Positions 7,414 to 15,915 of a DNA stretch of 32,000 nucleotides are shown piece after piece. Position numbers and translations under genes: made by a program. Where the stretch lies: NCBI GenBank assembly GCA_964551375.1, contig CAZKBG010000001.1, forward strand, positions 867,329 to 899,328. Reading direction: 5' to 3'. This DNA comes from an uncultured archaeon (lineage in GTDB: Archaea > Iainarchaeota > Iainarchaeia > Iainarchaeales > JAAZKV01). Position 1 is the first letter of the stretch. The number at the start of each line of letters is the position of its first letter. The notes beneath the pieces are model-generated. The model ran no database searches and had not been told where the DNA came from. It saw nothing but the letters and a program-made list of their open reading frames with translations.

Positions 7414-8214
7414 TTAAGGGGCTTTTTTTAGAAATTCCCCATCCTTCGCAAAGTATCCTTTAATCGGCACACGCTTAACTTGAAGCCCTTTGCCTTTTAA
7501 GTAACTCAAAAATTTCAAATGATCATCGCAAACAGAATTTGCAAGGCTTTTCCACTCGCTTTGATTTTCTGAAGCATCAAGCTGCAGGATTTTTGCGTGA
7601 ATATCCTCGCCCATTTTCACAATCTTCTGGGTTTCTGCATCCGTAAGAGATCCTTCAAGCTTTTTTGAAATCCTGATTGCTGAAGAGCCAATAACTTTGC
7701 CCGCCTCATCCACTGTAATAATATGAGTCGTGCGCCGAAATTTATTCTTTTTAAAATAAAGAACTAAATCAAGAATATCCCCAGGACTTGGATAAGAATT
7801 GATTCTTGCAAGACCCTCAAATTTCGAGCCTTTGGGATAAGACTTAAGCCGATGAGTGTGGATGTCGCTTTTTGCTGATGCGGAACTTGGGTGGAGAATT
7901 GTGGATTGAAGTCCTCTTCTAATCGCAGCTTCCTTAATGAAGCCTGATTTGAACTTAACCCAACCCATTTCAAGATCCGCAATAGCAGGGGTGGATTCAG
8001 CCATTTTAATTACATTTCCTTTTCTGCCTCCAGTATGGTGCTCTTTTAATCTTTCATCCCAAACTCTTTGAAGCTCTTTCTTGCGGGCTGCGGAAATTAA
8101 TTTTCCAGCAACAGGAATTCCAATCGCAGCAGCGGCTCCTGCTCCAGCCATTAAAAGAAAATCCCTTCGAGTAAGCTTTTTTTTAATTGGTTTTCTGCTT
8201 TGCGGAAGGGGCAT
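7414..8214 (-). CDS. Secreted hypothetical protein with twin-arginine (Tat) signal; weak JAMM-like H-x-H ... S-x-x-D motif
   Basis: ATG at 8214. N-terminus ...KKKLTRRDFLLMAGAGAAAAIGIPVAG contains T-R-R-x-F-L followed by an h-region. Internal DIHTHRLKSY...SYPSPGDILDL. TATA (AAAATATATAAA, 8236-8247) is centred ~27 nt upstream. Confidence 0.65.
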   Translation of the reverse strand: MPLPQSRKPIKKKLTRRDFLLMAGAGAAAAIGIPVAGKLISAARKKELQRVWDERLKEHHTGGRKGNVIKMAESTPAIADLEMGWVKFKSGFIKEAAIRRGLQSTILHPSSASAKSDIHTHRLKSYPKGSKFEGLARINSYPSPGDILDLVLYFKKNKFRRTTHIITVDEAGKVIGSSAIRISKKLEGSLTDAETQKIVKMGEDIHAKILQLDASENQSEWKSLANSVCDDHLKFLSYLKGKGLQVKRVPIKGYFAKDGEFLKKAP

Positions 8215-8305
8215 GATAAAACAGGGATTTAGCTGTTTATATATTTTTGCGAAGAGTGAAAAAAATTTATTAATTGGAATTTAAAAAAAATTTGGTGAGA
8301 TTGAA

Positions 8306-8914
8306 TTATTCTTTTGCCTTAATTGTGTGATAAATCTGAACTTTTATTCCCGGCCTTCTCCACTCGTCAGCGTCAAGCCCGGCTTTAAGGCACAACTGGG
8401 TTAAAAATTTCTTTTTATCCTTTAATTCATCCCAAACGCTTGGAAGAAAAGTTGCGTTATAGTATCCTTTGCTTATGATTAGCCCGTCTTTTTTAGGAGT
8501 GATTTTTGCAAGCAAATCTTTCTCATCCTTAAACTCAAGCAAAACAGGGTCGGTTAAAATTGAAATCTCAATTACAACTTCGTTTAAATCTTCTTTTCTT
8601 AAAGCATCAAATCTTGGGTCTGAAAAAGCCGCGTTAAACGCATTTTCAATAATATCCTTATACAAAGGCTGAATTGCGCTTAAGTGCCCGATGCAGCCGC
8701 GAAGCTCGCCGTTCTTATGAAGCGTAACAAAACAGGCTTTTTTTTCTAAAAGTTTTCTTGGAAAAGAAGTAAGTTCAAAATCGGTAAATTTCAAAAGAGA
8801 ATCGTTTCTAAGCGAAAATCCGATGCTTCTTCTCGCAAGATTAGTGCAAAAATCCTGCTCTTTTTTATTCAAAGAAAATTTTTCCTTCCCCGCGACTGAT
8901 TTTGTGCCCGCCAT
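8306..8914 (-). CDS. amrA: AMMECR1-domain protein (AmmeMemoRadiSam system protein A)
   Basis: GELRGCIGHL motif, FSDPRF, and ISILT...ATFLPSVW, which are characteristic of AMMECR1. It lies immediately downstream of the Memo-like and radical SAM partners. Confidence 0.9.
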   Translation of the reverse strand: MAGTKSVAGKEKFSLNKKEQDFCTNLARRSIGFSLRNDSLLKFTDFELTSFPRKLLEKKACFVTLHKNGELRGCIGHLSAIQPLYKDIIENAFNAAFSDPRFDALRKEDLNEVVIEISILTDPVLLEFKDEKDLLAKITPKKDGLIISKGYYNATFLPSVWDELKDKKKFLTQLCLKAGLDADEWRRPGIKVQIYHTIKAKE

Positions 8915-8940
8915 GGTTAATCACTTCCTATTAAGGCGAC

Positions 8941-9729
8941 CTACTTAATAAATGCAACAGCCGAGTAACCCACTACATGGCTCTTATCGCCCGCGGTATC
9001 TCCTGAATTTTTATAATCCAAAAGAACTGGTTTCCAATTGTTCTTTTTTGCAAGCATTATCACTGCGGCGATTCCAGTTTTTCCGCACGCATCCCCGATT
9101 TGTAAAAACTTTTTCAAATCAAGAGAAAGAATTGAATTAATTGTTTTATTATCAACTTTTTTTGCAAGAGGATAAGACAAATAATGGCTCAAATCAGAAC
9201 TTGCAATTATTACTGAATTATCATTTGAAAGCTCAACGCATGTTTCTGCAATCAAATCAGGGGCATTAATTCCATAAATTATTGGAATGAACTCAAAAAT
9301 TGAATCTGAAAAAACTTTTTGAATGAAAGGAAGCTGAACTTCAAGAGAATGCTCGTTATCATTTTCAACAACAGAGAGCCCTGATTTATGGATTTTAGTT
9401 TTACCAATAGGAGTGGCCCACTCGCCTTCAAATGAATAAATTCCGTCAATATAATCATGATGCGCGGGGCCCAAGAGAATAATTCTTTTTGAATCGGAAC
9501 TCGAATTTTTTTTAATATGGGATTTTAGAGTATTATACGCAAATGCGGCAACTTCCCCTGAATAAACATACCCTGCGTGCGGAACAATAAGCGCCTTTAA
9601 CTCCCCATTGATTTTTTTTTGCTTTGAACTAGAAAGCATTTTATCAATTAAATCCGAAAGCTCCTTTTTATTTGCGGGGTAAAAAGAGCCCGCGTACTTT
9701 GGAGTTCTTATTTTGATGCTTTCTTTCAT
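8941..9729 (-). CDS. amrB: MEMO1-family protein (AmmeMemoRadiSam system protein B)
   Basis: PKYAGSFYP..., ALIVPHAGYVYSG, ILLGPAHH, HSLEVQLPFIQ, SSDLSHY and D...G: the Memo/extradiol-dioxygenase-like His/Asp pattern. Confidence 0.9.
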   Translation of the reverse strand: MKESIKIRTPKYAGSFYPANKKELSDLIDKMLSSSKQKKINGELKALIVPHAGYVYSGEVAAFAYNTLKSHIKKNSSSDSKRIILLGPAHHDYIDGIYSFEGEWATPIGKTKIHKSGLSVVENDNEHSLEVQLPFIQKVFSDSIFEFIPIIYGINAPDLIAETCVELSNDNSVIIASSDLSHYLSYPLAKKVDNKTINSILSLDLKKFLQIGDACGKTGIAAVIMLAKKNNWKPVLLDYKNSGDTAGDKSHVVGYSAVAFIK

Positions 9730-9769
9730 AAAAAATCAACTTAAAAAATTAATTTGCGTTAAATGGAGT

Positions 9770-10795
9770 TTAAACAAAAACTCCTTTAATTTTTTCGCCG
9801 CAATTAATGCACTTGTCGTTATTCATTCCTATTACTTTTGACTTAAATCCCTCGCGCTCAATCAAAAGCGAATTGCACTTAGTGCAAAATGTGCTTTCAT
9901 TCTTAGAATTATGCACATTTCCGGAATAAACAAAATTAAGCCCTGCTTCTTTTCCAATCCTAACAGCATTTTCAATAGATTCTTTTGAAGTCGGAGGAGT
10001 GCTTTTCATTTTATGCATCGGGAAAAAAGCGGACAAGTGCCAGGGGATATTTTTATCAACACTAAAAATAAATTCAGCCATTTGTTTAATTTCGGAATCA
10101 GAATCATTTTGATTTGGAATAAGAAGGGTGGTTAATTCAACCCAAACTCCCGCTTTGTGAAATAATTTAATGCTGTCAAGCACTCCTTCAAGAGAGGCTC
10201 CGCAGGTTTTTTTATAAAACTCATTATCAAAACTTTTTAAATCAATATTAATCGCATCAAGAAGAGATTTTCCCTTAACGAGGGCATTAATCTGCTCAAC
10301 GCTTTCATAACCGTTGCTCACATAAACAGTCCCAAGAGAGTATCCTTTCTTTTTCGCTTCCAAAAAAACATCCAAATTATACTCCACTGTGATTGCTGGC
10401 TCGTTATAAGTAATCGCAACGCTTTTTGCGCCTTCTTTTTTTGCAAAATCAACAAACTTATCAGGGGCGACTTCATTTAACAGCTCGCTGTCCTTCTCCG
10501 CGGAAGAACCTCGAACAAAACTAATGTCAAAATTTTGGCAAAAGTCGCACTTAAAATTGCAACCGAAAAAACCAATGCTCATTGTCTTTGAAGAAGGCAA
10601 ATAGTGAAACAAAGGCTTCTTTTCAATCGGATCAAGATTCATAGAGCATGGCTTTGCATAAACTACTAACTTGATTTTTCCATTTTCGTTCTTTCGAACT
10701 CCGCACATCCCAAAACTTCCCTTTGGAATTATGCAGTAATGCCTGCAAGCAAGGCACTTAATGCTTGAAATCGAATTCTTGGCTGAAAAAATCAT
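9770..10795 (-). CDS. amrS: AmmeMemoRadiSam system radical SAM enzyme (PflA-like activase family)
   Basis: N-terminal Cys motif KCLACRHYCIIPKGSFGMCGVRKN, then DPIEKKPLFHYLP and the radical SAM CNFKCDFCQN (CX3CX2C). The track ORF begins at TTG 10849. ATG 10795 (MIFSAKN...) is preferred because an AT-rich TATA region (10811-10827) sits ~20-26 nt upstream. Confidence 0.9.
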   Translation of the reverse strand: MIFSAKNSISSIKCLACRHYCIIPKGSFGMCGVRKNENGKIKLVVYAKPCSMNLDPIEKKPLFHYLPSSKTMSIGFFGCNFKCDFCQNFDISFVRGSSAEKDSELLNEVAPDKFVDFAKKEGAKSVAITYNEPAITVEYNLDVFLEAKKKGYSLGTVYVSNGYESVEQINALVKGKSLLDAINIDLKSFDNEFYKKTCGASLEGVLDSIKLFHKAGVWVELTTLLIPNQNDSDSEIKQMAEFIFSVDKNIPWHLSAFFPMHKMKSTPPTSKESIENAVRIGKEAGLNFVYSGNVHNSKNESTFCTKCNSLLIEREGFKSKVIGMNNDKCINCGEKIKGVFV

Positions 10796-10907
10796 AAAAA
10801 TAAAATGCATTTTATAGTATAATATTGTTATGAGAGAGAAATATAACAAAAAATGATAAAAAATTCAGGCGCGGTGTAATGCACAGACTGAATTTTTTAA
10901 AAATTAT

Positions 10908-11174
10908 TTACTTTTCCCAAGGGGAGCGTTCATTAGTCTCTGAAATAACTCTTGAGCGTGCCATTTCGGACTGTACTTTTCTAAGTTTTGCCTTCATATC
11001 GGAAAGACGATAATTCATCTCTTCAATTTCGGCTTTAATATCAGCTTCATAATTACTGTCAGCCAAATTAAGCTTCTTTCTCCTGTCCAAATTCTTCTGC
11101 AGACTGTCTCTAAGCCTTACAGCCTTCTCGTACTCGTACTTTAAATCTTCCATTTCAGCAATACTTGCGCTCAT
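10908..11174 (-). CDS. Small coiled-coil hypothetical protein (88 aa)
   Basis: The track start is GTG 11183. ATG 11174 is preceded by GGGTGTGGTG. The sequence is heptad-like and charged (EMEDLKYEYEKAVRLRDSLQKNLDRRKK...). No family recognised. Confidence 0.5.
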   Translation of the reverse strand: MSASIAEMEDLKYEYEKAVRLRDSLQKNLDRRKKLNLADSNYEADIKAEIEEMNYRLSDMKAKLRKVQSEMARSRVISETNERSPWEK

Positions 11175-11270
11175 ACACCACACCCTGTATTATTGATACG
11201 GCTAAACTCTTTAAAAAACATAATACTAAGGCAAAATTTGCTCCTTTTTAGCCCAAATTAAATAAACACC

Positions 11271-11280
11271 TTTAAATATA
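11271..11280 (+). promoter_or_regulatory. TATA box upstream of the Kazal-protein gene
   Basis: TTTAAATATA, centred ~27-30 nt upstream of the TTG 11303/ATG 11306 start cluster. No SD is present. Confidence 0.35.
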
Positions 11281-11305
11281 ACAAAAGTCCATAGAGTAAC
11301 TATTG

Positions 11306-13558
11306 ATGGGCATGAAAATTAATCGAGTTTTTGCAGTAGCGCTAATAATGTTTTTAATTTCCGCGGCAGTTTTTGCTCCCGGAACTGATTCTAATACCCA
11401 GACTTCAATTTACATGCCTGAAAGGGTTTGTACAGCTGATTACAATCCCGTGTGCGGAATGGTAAAAACATTCGCCTGCCCTGAATGCACAGGAGATGCA
11501 TGCGGCGGATGCGTTTCATCTTATGATTACAAAACTTACTCAAACAAATGCATGCTTGAAGCAGCAGGCGCAGAAATGATATCCTCTGGAGAATGCCTTA
11601 CTTGCACTCCTGAAGGACAGTCAGTTCCTGTTTATCCAGGCGCAAGATGCTGCGCAGGACTCACTGCAATACCTCCAACTAAACTAAACTCAGTGGGGGA
11701 TTATGAAGTTGACAGAATGATTGTAGGCACAGGCGGGATATGCTCAAAATGCGGAAACGGGGTGTGCGAAGCATGGGAAAACAAAGCAAACTGCCCAAAA
11801 GACTGCCTAGTTTCTGATGTTAATTATATTAAAGAAACAGTAAAATGCGTGTTCAACGGAAATGTTGAAGGTAAAAATCAAAAATGCTACCAAGCTCTTA
11901 ATACAGCGGCTGAATACGAAAACGGATGCTACGGAATAAACGACTGCACAGCTGCAATCGGAGGCACAATCGGCACTTCACAGCTTTGGAAAAGCTCATG
12001 CCTTGGAGAAGCAAAAGTAGTTCTTGACGGGAAAGGACAGGAAATTGAATTTAATTGTAAAACAAATGCATGCGTGTGCACAATGGAATATATGCCTGTG
12101 TGCGGGATAAACGGAGTAACTTACGGAAACAAATGCGGAGCAGCATGCGAAAATATTGAAATAGCTTATGTTGGCGAATGCAAACAAGCTCCATGCGCAT
12201 GCACAAAAGAATATGCTCCAGTATGCGGAAAAAATGGAGTAACTTACGGAAACAAATGCATGGCAGCATGCGAACATGTTGCAATAGCTTACACCGGCGA
12301 ATGCAAAAATGAATGCGCTGAAGATAAAGATTGCATGGAATCAAGCTGTCCTGACGGAAGCAGAATACATCAGACTTGCGAAGTTGGAAGATGCATTTGG
12401 AAAGCAAAATGCGCACAGTCTCAAAGCGATTTTTACAAATCAGCATTCTGGAAATGCTCAAACGGAAAAGAATTCAGCCAAGTTGGAGAAAAATGCCTTC
12501 CTTACGCTGAATGGAAAAATATTGCAAGATTATCATGCGAAAAACTTACTCCTAAATGCGCGGGCGGAAGCACCGGCGGAGGAAGCGGGTCGGTTATGCC
12601 AAGCGAAACAAACTCGGTTTCAACAACATCAAACTTTGTAGCAATTGTTGCAGTGGATGGCAATGCTGTTAGTTCAAACAGTATCACAACAAGCAACACA
12701 ATTAATGACATTGAAGCAATAGAGCCAATTTCAACTACAATAGAACCGGTTGAGCCAGTTGCAATGCCTCCTTTTATTGACAATAAATGCATAGGCGCAG
12801 AAGCTGTGACTTTAGTTGACTTGCAGGTAAAAGAACAATGCGAAGTAGGATGCAAATATTATGTTAATGCAGACGGATGCAAAATAAAAGACTGCGGAGC
12901 AAGGGGAATTGAAAACAGCTGCGTTGCACAAGCATGCAAAGAACAGCCAATTGAAGATATTAAAAATTTAAAAGAAAAATGCTACGCAAATAACTGGAAA
13001 GTAGTTATAAAATACGATGGCAAATGCCCAACTTACCTATGCCTTGATCCAAATGATGCTAACTCAATACAGCAAAACTGCAAAAAGCCGGAAGACTTAA
13101 GCGATAATGAAGAAAGATGCTCTAATTTGGGCGGAAAGTTCCTAACAAAAACAAACGAATTCGGATGCATAACAATTGCAGAATGCGTTGGAGTAAAACC
13201 AACAGTTGAAACAAACACAACAACTACAATCAACAAAGCAGTTTTGACTGACTCTGGAAAATTACTTGAACTTGCGCTAAAACTTGAAAGCCTAAGAATT
13301 GACCTAAAAGCAACTGCTGCAAAAATAAAATCAATCGCAAATTATTACAGAGAACAAAACGAGCTTGAACAGGCCGCAAAGTTTGACAAAGCGGCTGAAC
13401 TGCTAAACAGCGCGGTTGTCAAAGTTGATTCAATCAAACAGGGAATAAAAGATAATATTAATAATTTCAGCGAAGAAGACGCAATCAGCGTAAGAGAAGG
13501 AATAAAAGAAATAAGAGAGAATATACTAAAAGAAGTAATAATCACAATTTTAGGGTGA
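11306..13558 (+). CDS. Secreted cysteine-rich protein with tandem Kazal-type modules and C-terminal coiled coil
   Basis: Signal peptide MKINRVFAVALIMFLISAAVFAPG. Two canonical Kazal cores: CTMEYMPVCGINGVTYGNKCGAACENIEIAYVGEC and CTKEYAPVCGKNGVTYGNKCMAACEHVAIAYTGEC. One split Kazal-like module lies near the N-terminus (CTADYNPVCG...KTYSNKCMLEAAGAEMISSGEC). A CGNGVCEAWENKANCPKDC motif and many further Cys are present. The last ~110 aa are Cys-free and coiled-coil-like. Confidence 0.85.
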   Translation: MGMKINRVFAVALIMFLISAAVFAPGTDSNTQTSIYMPERVCTADYNPVCGMVKTFACPECTGDACGGCVSSYDYKTYSNKCMLEAAGAEMISSGECLTCTPEGQSVPVYPGARCCAGLTAIPPTKLNSVGDYEVDRMIVGTGGICSKCGNGVCEAWENKANCPKDCLVSDVNYIKETVKCVFNGNVEGKNQKCYQALNTAAEYENGCYGINDCTAAIGGTIGTSQLWKSSCLGEAKVVLDGKGQEIEFNCKTNACVCTMEYMPVCGINGVTYGNKCGAACENIEIAYVGECKQAPCACTKEYAPVCGKNGVTYGNKCMAACEHVAIAYTGECKNECAEDKDCMESSCPDGSRIHQTCEVGRCIWKAKCAQSQSDFYKSAFWKCSNGKEFSQVGEKCLPYAEWKNIARLSCEKLTPKCAGGSTGGGSGSVMPSETNSVSTTSNFVAIVAVDGNAVSSNSITTSNTINDIEAIEPISTTIEPVEPVAMPPFIDNKCIGAEAVTLVDLQVKEQCEVGCKYYVNADGCKIKDCGARGIENSCVAQACKEQPIEDIKNLKEKCYANNWKVVIKYDGKCPTYLCLDPNDANSIQQNCKKPEDLSDNEERCSNLGGKFLTKTNEFGCITIAECVGVKPTVETNTTTTINKAVLTDSGKLLELALKLESLRIDLKATAAKIKSIANYYREQNELEQAAKFDKAAELLNSAVVKVDSIKQGIKDNINNFSEEDAISVREGIKEIRENILKEVIITILG
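12071..12316 (+). repeat. Tandem 123-bp (41-codon) duplication encoding the two Kazal modules
   Basis: Unit 1 is 12071-12193 and unit 2 is 12194-12316. A 24-nt identical core GGAGTAACTTACGGAAACAAATGC occurs at 12112-12135 and 12235-12258. Confidence 0.85.
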
Positions 13559-13563
13559 AATGA

Positions 13564-13800
13564 ATGAAAAATAAAATAATTGCAATAGTTGCCGCAGTAA
13601 TCATAGTTGTTGTCATAGCTGCAGGAATACTAATCGGACTATCTATGATGAATAACACCCCAAGCGGCGGAGACACAAGCGCAAAACTTACTTCAGAAGG
13701 CGATGTGAGCAGAACAATTGACGATGTGGGCTCTGATATTTCAGGAATATCAGGCACCTTAGATCAAATAGATTCAACGTTTTCAGACTCCAATGCTTAA
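13564..13800 (+). CDS. Small membrane-anchored protein (78 aa), coupled to the Kazal-protein gene
   Basis: The ATG lies 5 nt after the upstream TGA, with GGGTGA as SD. N-terminal TM IIAIVAAVIIVVVIAAGILIGL is followed by a Ser/Asp/Gly-rich tail. Confidence 0.55.
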   Translation: MKNKIIAIVAAVIIVVVIAAGILIGLSMMNNTPSGGDTSAKLTSEGDVSRTIDDVGSDISGISGTLDQIDSTFSDSNA

Positions 13801-13832
13801 ACTAATAAAGCATTCGAGGAGCCTATTTTCTT

Positions 13833-14726
13833 ATGAGAAGCACATACTTTCCAAAAGAGTTTTTGGACAAATACTCAAAACTATTGGGCTCTGAATGGGA
13901 CTTATTCTTTGAAACAATAAAACAAAAACAGCCAAAATCATTCTGGGTGAATTCAAACAAAGCAACCGTTGAACAGGTAATTGAATCGCTAACTAAAAAA
14001 GGAATCAAAACAACCCCTCTTTTATTTCACCCCCAAGCATTTGGAATTGAATACTCCGAGCCCGGAAAACTTGAAGAATACGAAAAAGGATGGATAAGTG
14101 TTCAGGAAAAAGCGAGCATGATGCCCGCAGTTGCGCTCAATCCAACAAAAAATGACACAGTTCTTGACGCATGCGCCGCGCCTGGAATGAAGACAATCCA
14201 ATTAAGCAATTTGGCTCAAAAAGTGCTTGCAACTGATCTTCACACAAAAAGACTTACAATTTTAAACAAATCAAAGGCAATGTTCGGGCTTGAAAATGTT
14301 GGAACTAAAAGAATTGATTTTAGAAATCTAAAAAGAAACAAAAGATTTGACAAAATACTTCTTGATGCGCCATGCTCAAGCGAAGGACTTGTGAGAAAAA
14401 AAAGAGAAGCGCTAATTGACTGGTCGCAAAAACTTGTAATTAAAAAAGCGGAAGAGCAAAAACACTTAATTGTAAGAGCGTTTGATTATCTAAAAGACGG
14501 CGGAGAAATGGTTTACTCCACATGCTCATTTTCCCCTGAAGAGAATGAAGAAGTTGTAATGCAGCTCTTGCGGCAGAGAAAAAACGCAATAGTTGAGAAA
14601 GTGAATTTAGAAGGAGTAAAAATCCGCAAAAATGAAATCTGCGAAAACTGCGTAAGACTTTACCCTCAGGACAACAACACACAGCAGTTCTTTTTTGCCA
14701 AAATAAAAAAAATTCCCAAAGCTTAA
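13833..14726 (+). CDS. NOL1/NOP2/Sun-family RNA cytosine-C5 methyltransferase
   Basis: SAM motif VLDACAAPGMKT, motif IV ILLDAPCSSEG (catalytic Cys) and motif VI MVYSTCSFSPEENE. GAGGAG lies upstream of the ATG. Confidence 0.9.
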   Translation: MRSTYFPKEFLDKYSKLLGSEWDLFFETIKQKQPKSFWVNSNKATVEQVIESLTKKGIKTTPLLFHPQAFGIEYSEPGKLEEYEKGWISVQEKASMMPAVALNPTKNDTVLDACAAPGMKTIQLSNLAQKVLATDLHTKRLTILNKSKAMFGLENVGTKRIDFRNLKRNKRFDKILLDAPCSSEGLVRKKREALIDWSQKLVIKKAEEQKHLIVRAFDYLKDGGEMVYSTCSFSPEENEEVVMQLLRQRKNAIVEKVNLEGVKIRKNEICENCVRLYPQDNNTQQFFFAKIKKIPKA

Positions 14727-14743
14727 ATGAGGCAAAATTATTT

Positions 14744-15409
14744 TTAATGCTTTTTCAAAACTATCTTTTTTCTTTTTAAAAATGACTTCACTCTTGAAGG
14801 GCTTCTGATTGAAAAAATACTTGCTCCCCGTTCCTTTGATTTCACAGCTTCAAGAAACTCAATCGCTTCGCTCTTTGAAACAGTGTGCCCAAGAATCCTT
14901 GAAGCATAAGAAGCAAAATCCTTTACTGAAAGCGCGCTTATTTCCTTGTATGTTGCCAAAATATTTTGTTTGGCTTTGAGGCGGATTGAAAGAATCTGCG
15001 CAAGCGGGCCTCCAATTGCGCGGACGCACGCGCCCGCATGCTGTCCATAATATCTAATCTTAACATTTTTAGCAAGACTTTTTCTGGAAAGCCACCGCTC
15101 AATCTCAAGCCCCTGCTGAAGCGAATTGCCCGCCCAGTCGGAGTATCCTATTCCCTGCATCTTTAATTCTTGAAAAGCGCGCTCAAACTTATTGATAAAA
15201 GGAACTGCTTCGCGCTCGTACTCCTCCATGTTGTGCTCCACCATGTGCAGAACAACAAAAACAGTGTCGCGGGTTTTAAGCCCCTGTTCCATATTTCTTA
15301 TCCACTGATTGCACTTTCGCTGACCGTTAGGAGTTTTTAATTCAAAACCCAATCCAAAAAAAGGATACACGATAATGTCAATATTTTTTATTTTAACAGG
15401 AGTGTTCAT
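14744..15409 (-). CDS. Hypothetical protein (221 aa)
   Basis: Clean ATG ORF with an AT-rich TATA-like element (15432-15444) ~29 nt upstream. No motif I can assign. Some lines are locally GC-richer (50-58%). Confidence 0.6.
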   Translation of the reverse strand: MNTPVKIKNIDIIVYPFFGLGFELKTPNGQRKCNQWIRNMEQGLKTRDTVFVVLHMVEHNMEEYEREAVPFINKFERAFQELKMQGIGYSDWAGNSLQQGLEIERWLSRKSLAKNVKIRYYGQHAGACVRAIGGPLAQILSIRLKAKQNILATYKEISALSVKDFASYASRILGHTVSKSEAIEFLEAVKSKERGASIFSIRSPSRVKSFLKRKKIVLKKH

Positions 15410-15471
15410 TAACTAAACTTGATTTTTGGAGAATAAAATTATTTGCAAAAGCCGGCAGGCAGTTTGGAATG

Positions 15472-15915
15472 CTATTTTAACAAGAGCCTTATGTATCTAT
15501 CGTTAATTCCAAGGACTTTATGAACGCCCCTTTCTTTAGCAATTGCTGATTTTAACGCGCCAAGTCTTTTTGCTTCGTCAGCTCTAAGAGCCCTTTTTTC
15601 CTTCTCTCCAAGCAAAGTAATTGCCTGACTGATATTAGTAGTTGCATTAACAAGCCTTCTTACTCCCGCGTCAGTTTCTGCCCTTTTTGAAGGAAAACCA
15701 TATTTAGTTACAAGTCTCTCTTGAGCAGCGTTTAATGCAAGAGTTATCGCTCCAATTTGAATTCCCCTCGGAGCCTTTTCAATAGGAATAAGTCCTGGAA
15801 CAGGGCGCTTGATTTTTGCCCTTGCCGCGCTTAATTCCCTAATTGGGGCTATTGGATCCTTTTTTTTTGGCTTAAGAACTCCACCAACTGTAAACAGTTT
15901 TCCTGCTGGTTTCAT
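15472..15915 (-). CDS. Hypothetical basic protein (147 aa)
   Basis: Clean ATG ORF. The N-terminus is Lys/Pro/Arg-rich and the C-terminal half is Ala/Arg-rich and helical. No family recognised. Confidence 0.6.
   Translation of the reverse strand: MKPAGKLFTVGGVLKPKKKDPIAPIRELSAARAKIKRPVPGLIPIEKAPRGIQIGAITLALNAAQERLVTKYGFPSKRAETDAGVRRLVNATTNISQAITLLGEKEKRALRADEAKRLGALKSAIAKERGVHKVLGINDRYIRLLLK

Noticed and set aside
11996-12461. Minus-strand track ORFs of 93 and 136 aa
   Set aside because: They are antisense to the Kazal modules. Their Cys/Phe/Ile-rich repeats simply mirror the tandem repeat on the coding strand.
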